NCBI RefSeq assembly: GCF_009914755.1
Contig: NC_060944.1
Source: the human T2T-CHM13v2.0 reference genome, Homo sapiens
Length of the DNA: 64,000 bases
Strand: one strand, 5' to 3'
The translations under genes were made by a program, and so were the position numbers. The notes under the pieces are model-generated. The model was given only the letters and a program-made list of their open reading frames with translations. It searched no databases and was not told the DNA's origin. Positions 18,069 through 37,195 of the stretch are shown piece after piece. Each line of letters begins with the position of its first letter. The first letter of the stretch is position 1.

Positions 18069-20192
18069 AGCCCTCTGTACAAGGCCACTGCCCCACTCCC
18101 TGGGCTGGCTTCTGATGCTGCCTGCAGGCCAAAGCACCAAGATCTTGGCTAGGGTCCCCATCCTGTAAGCCATGCAAGGACATTCCTTCCCTCCTGTCTA
18201 AAGCCCTTCACCCTTCTAACCACTCCGCTCTGGTGGCCAACGCTTTGAGGGGGTAGCAGAGAAAGCTGTGTATTCAAACCCCTGAAAGAGGATGTCCTAA
18301 GTTTGTCTTGGATGGAACTAAACCATCCCACATCCATAACTGTGGGATCCCTGCCATCCCGGAATTATCTTATATTCACAACTCCGACTTAAGGCACAAA
18401 CAGAAGCTACTGTCTGACACGTTGGCCCTTGGCTGGTACACACAGAGTTGAACCATCTGTTGGGCAGTTTGCCCAAGGCTTGTCTTGCTTTTGGCAGCCC
18501 ATATTTATCTACAATGGGTCTCTCTGATACGAGGGTAGACTTTGCTGGAGGCCAGGGTAACAGAGCATAGGAATTAGGCATGTGTCTCCTTCCTTGATTT
18601 TCCAAGATGCCTTTAGAGGATCCTCAACCTGCTGACACTTGCTGACTAGTAAAGCCCTTCCCTTTTCTACAATTGTACTTACGAATATCAGATAAAGGCA
18701 GGAAAGGTTGGGAACATGCAAAAGAGCCCCTAGCAGCTGTGTGGGGAAGCGGACAGCTCCCCTGTGGGGCCTGTGATGGTGCATTCGTATCACAGTCTTG
18801 TGTGCAAAGAGGCCGGGACTGTTCTTCCCACTTGCTGGATCAAAGAGGTGGCACACCTTGTTGAAGGTAAAAAGAGCCAAAGGCTTAGAAGGAACTTCCA
18901 TGAGACTCTCCCTCTCCTCTATTGGTGCTCACTTAGCTGAGAATATGTACAACGATATCCTGGCCTGGGACAAAACAGAGCAGGTGCTAAGAGGATCACG
19001 GCTGTCACCTGATATCATTGAAATGTTTGGGGCAGGGGGTCCTCCCTCCGGGCCTTGCCAGGTACCCCTCTACTGTGCTGCTCCATCTCACTCCTGCTGA
19101 CTCGTCCACCATGGGACAATCCAGAAAAGCATGAGAAAAGCACTTGGCACTTCTTGTGTGGGAAGACATCATAGTGGCCGCATACCCCATGAGTGTTCCT
19201 ATCTTCTGTGCCAGGGCTGCAGAGAACACAAGCTGTGGCTGCGGCACTCACTGCCTACTCTGCCTCCTCCATTCACATCTTCACACAGATGCCAACTGTC
19301 TGCCAAAGGGAATAAAAAATAAAAGCAGAGTGAACTTGACATCCTATACCTTCCAGCATTATCCCTCTGAACAAAGTAGAAATGGTGCAACAGCTGAAGA
19401 AAAGGACTCAGAGAGGAGAGAACGGAAGAATGATGAGATGTGATGAGTTAGTGAAGTCAGGCCCCAGGAAATTCCACACCAGCAGCATCAATCTGCCTTC
19501 TGTACCCAATGCTGAGGGATCAAAACTTGGAGCCCAGGGCTGGAGCCTCAGGATTCCTCCCCAAATCACACTGGCATGACTGTGTGCAACCCCGGAGTTG
19601 GGCTCATGTTTCTTCTGGAATTGTAGAATATAAGGCACAATTTATTCTATCCTTTCATCTTCCTGCTTTAAGTTTAGAAATTGCTGGTGGCTTTCCCTTA
19701 AAGGGAGTACATTTAAATTTTTTGTATTAAGTTCTTAAGTTTCTTAAGGCAAAATATTGATGGTACCATCACCATCTTCGTCTGAAAGTCATGTTCACAT
19801 TATAGAAAAGACTTTTGCTAGACTGAGTCTTCCTCAGTCAAAGATTATATCTTGAAAGTGTATACTAGGTTAAGCAACACTTTTGAAATGTTATCATACT
19901 TTAATCAGAATTTCACACACAACACATTAAGAGTAGCCAACAGTGAGGTCAATGTCCTTATTTTCAAAAAAGCATTTTTCTCCAGTTTATTTTTATGAAA
20001 GGTCAGTGCCTTGGACATAATGTTCACTTCCATTCAAGAACATTTCTTGATAAGTAGAAATAATTTTTCAGGCAAAAACCTGATGTTCTAAGTTCAATAA
20101 TAACCTGTTTCTACACTATGCCAAATTCTGGTGTGAAGGGAATTTTTACTGACATGGTAATTTTTTCACACATTTTATGATTTTTAAAAAAT

Positions 20193-20320
20193 AGCCAGGT
20201 GTGGTAGCTAACACCTGTAATCCTAGCACTTTGGGAGGCTGAGGCGTGTGGATTGCGTCAGCCCAAGGGTTTAAGAACATCCTGGGCAACAAAGTGAGAC
20301 CCCGTCTCTATTAAAAAAAA
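20193..20320 (+). mobile_element. Alu left monomer / FLAM
   Basis: Single Alu arm ending in an A run. Confidence 0.85.
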
Positions 20321-20939
20321 TCATAGGATATCCAATAGTCAACAGTTCTCTGGTTTCAAATTTCTGCCAGAAAAATAATCTACAAATCAACTTGTCTAAA
20401 GCAAAAGTCCTTATTCATAATAGCTGCCATCAATTTCTAACTATTATGTTGCTGATAACAGCATATAGCAAGTCAGTCAACTCAGTTATTGGGAATATTT
20501 TCAGCTGTTAATGTTGGTATGTGTGCAGCATAGGGTTAAGACTGTGGGTATAGAATTCACACTTCCCAAGTTCAAATCTTTGTTTATTGTTTACTAACTG
20601 TCCAAACTTGGGCAATCGACTAAACTGCAATTTCTTCATCTTTAAAATGGAGACAGCATATTCCTCCTAGAGTTATTGTAAGGATTAAACAGGCAGGTAA
20701 GAGCTAAGGTGATTATTGCAATGCTGAAAAAACCTTATCAGTTTCTCTTATTATATTTCTCAAACTGTGTAGATCATGCTTGGAGAATAAAGTGTTTAAG
20801 TTGGTCAATTGAAAATCTTTTCGGAAAATTAAATACCTTTGCTGTTAATAAGTCAAATCAATGTTAATAATATTCTTCTGTGTATGTCCATAGCCTTGAA
20901 TTGTAATCCAGCCTATAGCCCGTATCATTTTGTTTGAGT

Positions 20940-22415
20940 TTTTAACAATAGACTGAATTGTTAAAGAACAGTTTTAGAGTTTCAGAAGAGTTGAGAAAAC
21001 AGTAGAGTTCCCATATGCCTGTACCGAGTTTCCCCCATGGCTATCATCTTAAATTTCTGTGGTACATTTGTTACAATTAATGAACCAATATTGATACGTT
21101 ATTATTATTAGCTAATGTCCATGCTTTACTCAGATTTCCTTATTTTTACCTAATGTCCTATTTAGGTGTTAGAATCCCATCCAGAATATCACATAACACT
21201 TGGTCACCATGTTCCCTTAGGCTCCTCTTGGATGTGACAGTTTCTCAGACTTTCCTTTTTTTATGACCTTAATAATTTTGAGGTATATTGGTCAAGTAGT
21301 TTGTAGGATGCCCGTCTATTGGAATTTTACACTTTTCTCATGATTAGGCTGGTTTCTTGAGGAGGAGGACCCCAAAGGTAACGTGCCATTTTCATCACAT
21401 ATCAAGGGAACATACTAACAACATGACCTTTCACTGTTGATGTTGACCTTGATGGCTGAAGACGTGTTTGTCAGATTTCTCCACGGCAAGGTTACCCTTC
21501 ACCCCGTCCCTTTACCACACTGTGTTCTCTGTAAGGAAGTCACTATGAGCAGCCCACACTTAGGAGTGAAAATTTATGCCCCCCTCCTTGAGAGCACAGT
21601 ATCTACATCAATTATTTGGAATTCTTCAACATGGGATATTTGCCTCATCTTCTCTATTTATTTATTTATTCAGTAATTTATTTATACAAGTATAGTTTGT
21701 TTTATAATCCACCATCATTTTATTTATTTTGTTGTTCAAGCTGTGTTCCTAGTGTAAAGAAAAGATAAATATTTAAGGTGATGGTATCTGATTATCCTGA
21801 TTTGATTATATGGATGTATCAAATTATCACACGTACCCCCAAAATATGTATATCTAATATGTGTCAATTAAATAATCATTCCAGTTTTGTCATTGGGAGC
21901 TCTTTCACACACACAGAGCTCTTCTGCGGTCCTTTTGACATATTCCCATCAATGCTTTTTAAAACAACAACAACAAAAACAACACTTCCTTACTTTCAAG
22001 CACTACAAGATGCTCCAATTTCATCTTGTATATTTTCTACCCCAGTCCTTGATAGCAATTTCTCCAAGCAGCCTTGCTTCCTTTTACTGAAGAATGGCAT
22101 CAAAAACAGATCTGGGAGCTAGGTGTGCTAGTGGCTACTGGGTGTTGTTTCATTCAGGTACTTTCACCTCACAAAGCAAGGAAATATATGAATGTATACT
22201 CACCTGTATATAAAACATATCTATAAATATTTCTATGTGTAACCATTTACATTTATATTAAGCTAGACATGAGTTCCTACTGATCTCTCCAACTGTAATC
22301 CTTTACCACATGGATCATTCTATTCTCCTGATTCCCTTGCTTATCTGTAAAGTTTCACCCCAAAAGAGAGAAATCTTGTTCCCAACACTTGCCATTCATT
22401 TACTCAATTATTTAA

Positions 22416-22505
<90 letters not shown>

Positions 22506-22650
22506 TATCAGAATTATTGACCCATGGGAAGCAATATTATCAACTACAGTACAGTGCTTAAATTCAGTTCTTTTCACCTTTAGTATTACACACTAAAACA
22601 TTTCCAAAGTTACTGAGGTCAGCATCTTTCTGCCTCCCCTCATTTCAATG
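20940..22650 (-). mobile_element. Old LINE-1 3' end (L1MC-like), degenerate
   Basis: L1M-type 3'UTR phrases (GGTACATTTGTTACAATTAATGAACCAATATTGATAC; GTGACAGTTTCTCAGACTTTCC). Confidence 0.6.
22419..22502. repeat. Compound microsatellite (CT)20(AT)22
   Basis: Read directly. Confidence 0.98.
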
Positions 22651-22924
22651 GGGTTGAACATTATCATTTTTAACCAATAAACAAACAACTGGATGTTATA
22701 TCAACACAAAAGGAACTTCATGTTCACACGTCTATACAAACAAACATTTCACTTGTTTAAAAAAAAGTAAGTTAGTTATAGAATAAAAGATAAAATATTA
22801 ACATTTTATATAAGATCTGATGTAAATTGTCATCAACAAAGTGTTCATATCCCACATATTTTATCAAGCTTGTCAAATATTGTTCATGCAAACTATCAAC
22901 TGTAATTCACCTTGGCTTTTGCTA

Positions 22925-23275
<351 letters not shown>

Positions 23276-23497
23276 TTATTTTTTCCTGGGAAATAAACTT
23301 TAGGCACTTGAACCACAGCAAGCCTTGACCTCAGCCTGGAATAAACCACACTAATTTGTTGAACCCCAGGCTGAATCCTCTTTTCTGTGTAGGTGTATTG
23401 CTTTTTAAATTTACAAATGAAACTAATAGTTTCCTACCTTGCCACCCATATCAATATGTTTATATCATCTATACTTACATATTTATATCTATATCCA

Positions 23498-26708
<3,211 letters not shown>

Positions 26709-27808
26709 CTATATCCACTTTTACTCAAATTCTTTTAAACCTCAAATTGTGAGAGACTACTGTCAAAGCTAAAACAAAATTATGTTGGGAATTTATGCCA
26801 TATATCACTGCAATGAGGTCGAACTTCAGGAACTGTTAGCTCCTAACCATTTAAACAAAGAGAGATATTAAATATACTGATTTTAATGTCATCCCTCTGA
26901 CTTCCTGAACCAACGACTATTTTTCCTGAAGGCACACAAAATTCAAAATTAAATAAAAAGGTATTTTTGAAAATAACTCCCACATTTCTGAAATGAGAAT
27001 GGGGCAGCACAGATGCACGTTGACGGCTACCTCCATCGTTGAAAAGGGAGTTTCTGAGGCAGTTCTAATGAAGTGGCAATTTTGCAGATAATGTAAAATT
27101 CAAAAACACTATGGAGATGTTAGGCACAAACACGCCAAGCACATAAAGCAGCATCTGGCAGTTTCCCTTTGGAGGCCTCGTGTGCCAGCATTTCACTTAG
27201 ATAAGAAAAAAGTCTCCTATTTTCAGCAATCTTCTTAAATGCTTTAATTTGACACTATCTGAAAGTGATACTTAAGTTGTGGTAAATCACATTTAATTGC
27301 AGCAGTCTACTGTCTATTATTTCACTATTGCTTCAATTTCTCTCTAAGCTCTCAAAGACCTCATGGAAAATAAAATATTCCTTAATGGAAGTGCTTTCAT
27401 TCTTAGTGACTTTTTGCCCATCTTGGTCAATTATTTTGACATATGCTAAAGCAGTAACAGTCATATTAAAAGGCCAAGTAAAGCTGAAAAGTACAACTCA
27501 TCTCTAAGAACATTTGGCTGTGTTTCTATATTACCTGCTTAAAGAGTCTAAATCTTGTTTTTAGCCACTCTCCCGGTTCTCTACCTCTAATGTTGGAGTA
27601 ATGAGTTCGTGAAGTGCCTACTAGCCATGAGGACTAGGGGCTCGGGGTACAGATAAAGAAGACACAGACCCTGCCCTCCAGGAGGCTGAAGGAAAGAAGG
27701 GCAGGCCAATCAGTGCTCCTGAGACAGGGTGGCCCTCCTTCTGAGTCTTCTGTTTACTGAGGGCCTTTGTGCTGGATACTGGGCTGCTCCTCCATGTTCA
27801 TTACTATC

Positions 27809-28207
27809 TGATATGGTTTGGATCTGTGTGTCCACCCAAATCTCATGTTCAGTTGTAATCCCCAATGTTGGAGGTGGGGCCTGGTGGGAGGTGATTGGAC
27901 ATAGGGGCACTTTCTAATGGTTTGGCACCATCCTTCTAGTGCTGTTCTCATGACAGACTTCTCATGAGACCTGGTTGTTTACAAGTGTGTAGCACCCTCC
28001 CTCTCTGTCTTCCTCCTGCTCCAGCCATGTAAGACAAGCCTGCTTCCCCTTCTCCATGCTTCCCTTTACACCATGATTGTAAGTTTCCTGAGGCTTCCCC
28101 AGCCATGTTTCCTGTACAGCCTGTGGATTCATGGACCAATTAAACATCTTTAGAAATTACCTAGGCTCAGGTATTTCTTTATAGCAGTGTGAAAAAAAAC
28201 TAATACA
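27809..28207 (+). mobile_element. MST-type MaLR solo LTR
   Basis: TGATATGGTTTGGATCTGTG...AACTAATACA. Confidence 0.88.
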
Positions 28208-28250
28208 GTCCCTCCTAACAGTAATGCCATGATGCAGGAAGAGAGCCTTA

Positions 28251-28548
28251 CATTTAGGTAAGGATGCTTGGTCCTCTGAACATGTTGGTCCTTTTTATAG
28301 GTCCATCGTTCAGGCCACCTTAAAGAGGCAACTTGGGTGTTGTCCATCCAAGCTTGGACATGGGAATTTTGAGAAATAAGACTCTGGGCTCTGGAGGTTC
28401 TAGTTCTCTGGTTATCCCATCTGAAGTCCAGCTACCTCTGGAGAACAGCAAGTGGATGTGGATGAATTTGTTCTCAGTGATTCCTAGAGCTGGGTCTGAG
28501 TCTTGGGATGCAATGGAAGCCTCTTTCCTCTTCATTAGGCCCATTTAC
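28251..28548. repeat. ~295-bp diverged direct repeat, copy 1 (origin unknown)
   Basis: Collinear with 29625-29920, e.g. AGAGGCAACTTGG, CTTGGACATGGGAAT, CTCTGGAGAACAGCAAG, GCAATGGAAGCCTCTTTCCT. Confidence 0.9.
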
Positions 28549-29624
28549 TGAAGAGCCTGAGTTTCAGAAGAGTTAGTGGACTTGCTCAGGTCTTGACAGA
28601 TAGTTGGAATTGAAGGCTAAGTTTCTCCAGACCACGACAGAGGTTGCCATGGAGGTGCAGAGAAGATAATGAAAATCATGGTGGTAGATGGAGGTGGAAG
28701 GGGTAGTTGGTAAAACAGAGTAGGCACCCCAGAAATTATACTAAATCATTTTTTAAATTATTTTTAGTAATTAATGCATTCCTCCCCCTATATGGCCAGA
28801 GTTCTTAGAGTTGGGAGAAATCTTTGAAATTATTTGGATCATTCCTGCCTCCCAAGACTGGCAGAGAGGCACTGAGGCTCTCCTTCATCATCTTTAGGGA
28901 TAAAGAGCTCATGCATGAATGGGGCTGGGGGTCCCTGGCAAATTCCGACCACTGGGGAATCTCTTATCAAAATTTACAAAGAGGAAGCAGGAAGCTCCTT
29001 GTTTCCAGTGTATATCACTCTTAACTAAAGCTCAGAGAAATTAAGATATTCTCTATGGCACTACTCAAAACCATGCACCATGATGAGTTGGCAGGATCAG
29101 AAGAAAGACCTTTTGCGGATGCCTACCTAGAAGGTTGCAGTGGATACTGGAATTTGGGTTTAGAAAGAAAAGGACAAGGGGATGCTACAAATAATGTCAA
29201 ATTGAGGCTTTCAGTTTGTGTGGGTCAATATTAGCTTGTTGGGAAACAAGTGCCAGGTAGTCTGTGACATTCAAGGCCCTGATATCCTAAGAGTAAGGAA
29301 GAAATAGTGTTTAACAATATTCATCAGAGCAGTGGAGTATAAGAAAAGTCCACATATGTTCTGTGAGTCAGCATGCTGGGACTGAATTTCTAACCTCCTG
29401 GTTCTTAATTTCCTCATCTGTATAATGAGAGACTTGTTGAAGATCTTGCTAATATTCTACAGTGGGTTTTAATTTTTTTACATACTTGGTGAAAAAAAAA
29501 ACAAAACCTCATTTTTTCCCCTCAATCTGATACTAGCTGGTCTAAGTCTCCATCCTTCAGGTTAGAGGAGCACTTTCCCTCAGTCATGTTTTCTATGAAT
29601 CTCTAGGTGTCTTGCAGTCTAGAA

Positions 29625-29920
29625 CATTCAAGTAAGGATTCCTGGTCCTCTGAACACTTTGGTCCCTTTTAAAGGTCCATGGCGCCGGCTACCTTGAAGA
29701 GGCAACTTGGATGTTCTCCAGCCAAACTTGGACATGGGAATGTTCAGAAAAATGGGAGTTTGCGCTCTGGGGGTCCTGGTTCTCTGGTTAACCCATCTGA
29801 GGTCCAACTACCCTCTGGAGAACAGCAAGGAGACAGATTTGTTCTCTGTGATTCTTAGAGATGGGTCCCAGTCTTGGGAAGCAATGGAAGCCTCTTTCCT
29901 TTCCCATTAGGGCCATTTAC
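29625..29920. repeat. ~295-bp diverged direct repeat, copy 2
   Basis: Same shared words as copy 1; roughly 75-80% identity by eye. Confidence 0.9.
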
Positions 29921-30327
29921 ACCTTTCCCAACTTTTGGTTTCTTTCTCCGGGCCATACACTGAATCCATTGTCATCATATGCTTAATTTTTCTATCACAT
30001 AAGCCCTCAGTGAAGGATGTCTTCTGGGTGTCTAAAAACATTCTGTTTTTAACCATATGTCAGTTTATCTTTGGTTGTGTGCTGAACATGGTATTTGTAA
30101 AATACTTGTTGAAATAATTTGAGGGCAAGGATAATGTTACCTTCCTCTGAGGAGGATTTGATTTGTCTTTGCAAGGCACCTCAGGGAGCTTGCAATTCAA
30201 GATCAGGTTAATTCAAGCACAGGACTTTTTACCAAGCAACTTAGAAATATTTAAATAATTGAACAATTGATACAGCTGTACAGGTGCCTCCCAAATGAAT
30301 ATCAGCCCTAAATGCCCCCAATACTTA

Positions 30328-30830
30328 GGTTAAGTTCTTGTTAATATGGCTATATAACATATCACTCCCAAATTTAGGATTTGAAACAATAATTATTTCT
30401 CACGGTTTCAGTGGGTTAGCTCAGAAGCAGCTCAGCTGGGTGGTTCAAACTCAGGGTCTCTCATGATGTTGCAGTCAGATGTCAGTAGGAACTGGAGGCT
30501 CCAATTCCAAGGTGGCCCACTTACAAGGCTGGCAAAGTGGTGCTGGTGATTGGCAGGAACCCTTAATTCTTCTCCATGTGAATCTGTAGATGGAGCTGCT
30601 CGAGAGTCCTTGGAGAGCGGTGGCTGGCTTCCGCAGAGAGAGAGATCTAAGAGGTGGAAGATACAATGCCTTTTGTGACCTAGCCTCGGAATTCACACCC
30701 CATCACTTCCTCCACATTCTATTGGTCACCCAGAGCCAGCCCTGATTCAATGCGCAAGGGAACTAAGAAGGACATGAATACGAGGAGGCAGGAACCATCA
30801 CAGGCTGTCTTGCAGACTGGTTACCACACA
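30328..30830 (-). mobile_element. MLT1-type LTR
   Basis: TTCCAAGGTGGCCCACTTACAAGGCTGGCAAAG; GACCTAGCCTCGGAATTCACACCCCATCACTTCC. Confidence 0.7.
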
Positions 30831-31574
30831 CAGAAATTGGGACTTGAATCCAGGCCTCTCTGATGTCAAAGTCCTTGTACTTCACTGTGCTGCCCTCCCC
30901 AAGCAGCCTCTTGAATCTGTGGATCCCTCTAAGTGTAATGTCACCTTCAGCCTGCAACAGTACAGAATGGATAAAGTAGTGATATTAAACATGCTGTAAG
31001 AGAAGAAGAGAAGCCTAGGCTCCTTGAGCATGATTATAAAATGGGGACCAGTGAGGAGAGGATAGCCTCAAGAAGAAGAATTGAGAGGGGCTTGGTTAAC
31101 TATCCCTAACTGGACATTCTGCTTTTTGCTGTTCCTGGCATCAGCTATCAGAAAGTCTCTGTGGGTGAGTTTCTGAGCACTCTTTTATGCCATTAACTAC
31201 ACTCTTGCGAAGCTTCTGTTTGAAGGGTTTGGATTTTCTTAGGCAGTGCCAGGTTTTCAGAATAGAAATTGACTGGTTTCTCCCCCAGAAAGTCTATAGC
31301 CTACCGTGTTTAACCCCAACCTCTAGTAATAGCTCAATCCACGCTGATCCCCCAGGGTTTGCAGAACAGAGTCTCGGTTGCAAACACTGCAATCAGCAGC
31401 TTGCTGTTTTTCTCTTTTTCTTCCACTTTATTTTATATTGATATTTAATGAATGTTTCTTTGGTGGTATTGCTATGTTCATTATTTAAACTCTGAAAATT
31501 GAAGCCATAGAAAATAATTGTTGATTCACCACAGGGAGCCATATAAATATTGTTCTAAATTCTAATGACCATGA

Positions 31575-32192
<618 letters not shown>

Positions 32193-33280
32193 TGATGCAC
32201 ATTATAACTGAATGAGATAAATGGGACAAACGTCATCCCTATTTACAGATAAGGACAAAATCCCAAAGATTTGCAGAGCTACAGGGCTGGTTAGAGCAGG
32301 TCCCTCCTCCAAGAGCAGATCTCCCTCCCTTAGTATTATCTCACCCCTCCGGGCCTGGGAAACCTAAAGATACTTTGTGAACGCATGTCTGTATCTACAG
32401 AAAGCTCTGCTAGTTAAAGAAACTACCCTAGACCAAGCTGCGCTCTAAGGGGCTGGTGAGCTCTGTTATTTTTAAAATTACTTTAAATATTTTTTCTTTT
32501 TAATTAAAATAATGAGTCAAACATAGGGAGGATTACAGAAAATAATTTGGAACCAATCAGATTTATCTGAGGTGACCTTTTGCCACAGATGCTTGAAGTC
32601 CATCCATCTCTCTTATGAAATGAAATGTTACAGAAACAGCTCATTCTCTCCCTCCTCACTACTCCTTGCCTCCCTCCCAAGGCTACTTCCATCCTGAGTA
32701 GTGCTTTCTTCAGTTGCATGTTGATCTACTGTTATATACAAGAATGAGTTACAAGTCATATGCCATCAGCTTTGCATTTTGCAAGAATTTTCACAAATAT
32801 TATGCTATCGCATGTACAGACTTTAGGCTCACTGCTGAACAATGCCCTGGGCTTCTTTCATTTTTCTGCATGTCTCACTCCTCTGGCTATGCCTGTTTGG
32901 GCTGGGAGAGAATACAGGGAATGTCCAAGATATTAGCAGTTCCTATGGCAGCAAGTGCTGGTTTCTGTGACTGTGGTTCCCTAAGAGAGGCAGAAAAGCA
33001 AGGGGACTAAGCTTCCACTGTGCACTTAATCGCAGGGCCATAGCCCAAGTAGGTTGTAAAGGCCGATGACATCCCAAGACAGGCTGGAACTTGAACTGAC
33101 ATTTTACAGAGGAAAACCAGGCCCAGAAAAGAGAATGGTTGCTTTAATGTCACACTTCCAGAAATTGGTAAAGCAGGAACCATCTCAGAGCTTATGACAC
33201 CTTTGTACTAAACACATTGCCTTTAGGCAGTCTTATTCTTCATCCAGTAAACAGCAGACCATGGATTTGATTGTTTTCTT

Positions 33281-33287
33281 TCTTTTC

Positions 33288-33323
<36 letters not shown>

Positions 33324-33374
33324 GAGACGGGAGTCTTGCTTTGTCGCCCAGGCTGGTGTGCAGTGGCGCAAACT
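33281..33374 (-). mobile_element. Severely 5'-truncated Alu (~50 nt plus tail)
   Basis: Perfect 19-bp TSD TGGATTTGATTGTTTTCTT at 33262 and 33375. Confidence 0.9.
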
Positions 33375-34649
33375 TGGATTTGATTGTTTTCTTGCCTCTG
33401 CTCCCCTGAGGAAAATGCCAGCAAACTATAAAATTTCATTCCCTGAGATCCTGGCAAGCTACATTGGACTTAGGTGTCTGCTGTTTCTGGGAGGCAGCAA
33501 GGATCTGAGTTTGGGGGAAGATCAGGTCACCGGGCTGAAGAGTAGCCCGAAGATCTTTTTTACCTGGATCGCCCTCTGGTGGCAGATTCGATAACAACCG
33601 CTCTAATTCATCATCTGAAATGCAAAGTGGTTGCAGCTCAAGTTTTCCTTGCTCCTCTTGGGACTTGCTCGTTCCTCATTAAAGCATCCCTATGCCCACT
33701 CTATACAAGACACATTTACTTTGAGCTGCATCCCTGAGATAATCGACTCCAAGCCAATATTTCTGTGTGTCAGTCACAGTAACTGGAGCTGTGGCATGGA
33801 AAATAAGAAGAAAGCATTGTTCCTGACCCCAAGGAATTTAAGTTAACTGGGTGAGACAGGCATACAGGCAGCTGACCAGACTCGGAGTCAGTGTGACCGA
33901 GAATGGACAGGCTGGGGGAATGCAGAGGGAGGAGGCCTTGGTGGGGAAGCTAGTGTCTGAGTTCTCAAGGAGCAATGGGAATTCTGAAGTTGGAGAGGGG
34001 CAGGGACACTGGAGGAGGGGAGGACAGGGCATGGCCCCTTCCTCCCTCCCTGTTTCCCCTTCTCCTTGGGGCCTTGCTCTCTTTCTCTTCCTCTTTACTC
34101 ACCCCAGTACCAATAGCCCTACAATTCATGACCACCCGAAGCGTCCATTTTCTGGGAGAAGATTGGGCTCCTTAGCCTCTTCCTACAGACCTTTCTCTCT
34201 GAGTCTTCCCATGGGTCCTTCTGACATCTGAATAGAATGACCAAGGCATAAATCTCAATCATCGAGGTTTATTAAGTCAGCTTGAGGGTGCTTCCGGGAA
34301 AAATACAAGCCACAGGTACATCTGTGGCTGTTTTTCTCAAGAGAGTTTCAGGGGATTTAGTATTTACACATTTCCTTAAATGGGGGAAAGGCTTTTAGGA
34401 AAAAGGGCAGACAGGTGGTAAGGCGAATGGCTACATTCCTGTGAGACTCTAGCTGCTGCCTGGTAAATCTACATTTTACATAAGACAAATTGGATGTTTG
34501 AAAATAAAAAGAGAGTAAAGGAAGAGTCAAGTATGCAGATGTCTCTGGGTAGGTATAGGAATGAGTCTTGTCTTTATTCTGCACCTGCACTTCTATCTAA
34601 GCTTGCGATCAACATTATCAGCATGGAATCAACTTTAATTTTAGGAGCT

Positions 34650-35257
<608 letters not shown>

Positions 35258-35603
35258 TTAAGAACTAGACTTAGTTTGTAGACCTAAAGTTACAATTGGC
35301 ATGTCCTTGTGTTGCCAAAAAAAAAAGAGGTCCCAATCCAGACCCTAAGAGAAAGTTCTTGGATCTCGTGCAGGAGGGAATTCCAGGCAAGTCACAGAGT
35401 TCAGTGGGGAGGGAAGGTTTATTGACGGCTACTCAAATACAGGGTAGGGTGTCCTCAGAAAGCAAGCGGAGGAATGCCTCGTCTTTACATTTTTCGTATA
35501 TAGGAGTCTTCTCTATGTGGAGACTGAACTAAGCTGTGTCTACCTGTGTGGGTGGGCTGGAAGCATGACCAAATTTATTATTCTGTTGATTTAAAGAAAA
35601 CTA

Positions 35604-35755
35604 CTGGTGGCACATGCCTGTAATCTAGCATTGGGAGGCCAAGGTGGGAGGACTGCTTGAGCCCAGGAATTCAACATCAGCCTGGACAACATAGCAAGAC
35701 CTCGTCCCTATTTTTAAAATAAAATTTGTTCTACAAAAAAATTAAAAAGAAAAAG
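35604..35755 (+). mobile_element. FLAM / Alu monomer
   Basis: Single arm with A-rich tail. Confidence 0.8.
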
Positions 35756-35757
35756 AA

Positions 35758-36496
<739 letters not shown>

Positions 36497-37195
36497 AATC
36501 TATCCTTGACACTTTAGTGTGTGAGTGCATCAAAGCATAATTATAATTATCTTGAAAGCATATACTATTATGGGTATTGAGACATCTGGACTTTCTTTTG
36601 TTGTAGGATTGTGTCCTTGTAGGTATCCTTGGGCTGTTTCCTCAATTGTAAATATCTTATGACCATAGTTTGTGATTGGCAAAGAATGTGCCTTCCTGGT
36701 TTTCAAATGGAGTTCATTTTAAAATGGTGTCACCCTGGCTCTCCTATGTTCCTGTTTCCCTTGCTTATAGGAGGCCAGCAGAGAATTTACTTATGAATGA
36801 TCTGTGGGGGCAGGGCTTTGTAGATGCTTGAGGCCTTTTACCTTTCCATGGGGATCTGGCTGATGCATAATGCTAGTAACAGGTATTCATTTGAAAGTGG
36901 GTGTTGCATGACTCAGCATCTGGGCTTAAGTTTGGAGGTCCTGACATTTTTAAATTTCCTTTACATTCCCCCTGTTCTTCAAAGCTTTTGGAGAAAGCGT
37001 TGAGGAAGACACGAGATTGTGGTTTATTGGTTTATCCAATCCTATGTCACCATGAAGCCTCCCTCTTAGGTGGTCACATCCTAGAGAGGGGGAAATTACA
37101 TCAGAAAAGGACCAATGCCAAATTACAGCAACAAAGGGAAAGTAATCCTGGAAGCTGATTTAAGCTATGTGACTGTGTCTTCAATTAAAATATTC

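Noticed and set aside
18100-19700. Possible exons or pseudogene among overlapping 60-130-aa ORFs
   Set aside because: No recognisable protein similarity or consistent splice pattern; ORFs occur on both strands as expected by chance.
29707-29910. Signal-peptide-like ORF (MGVCALGVLVLWLTHL...) in duplicate copy 2
   Set aside because: Copy 1 shifts frame across exactly that hydrophobic segment, so the frame is not conserved; no supporting exon structure.
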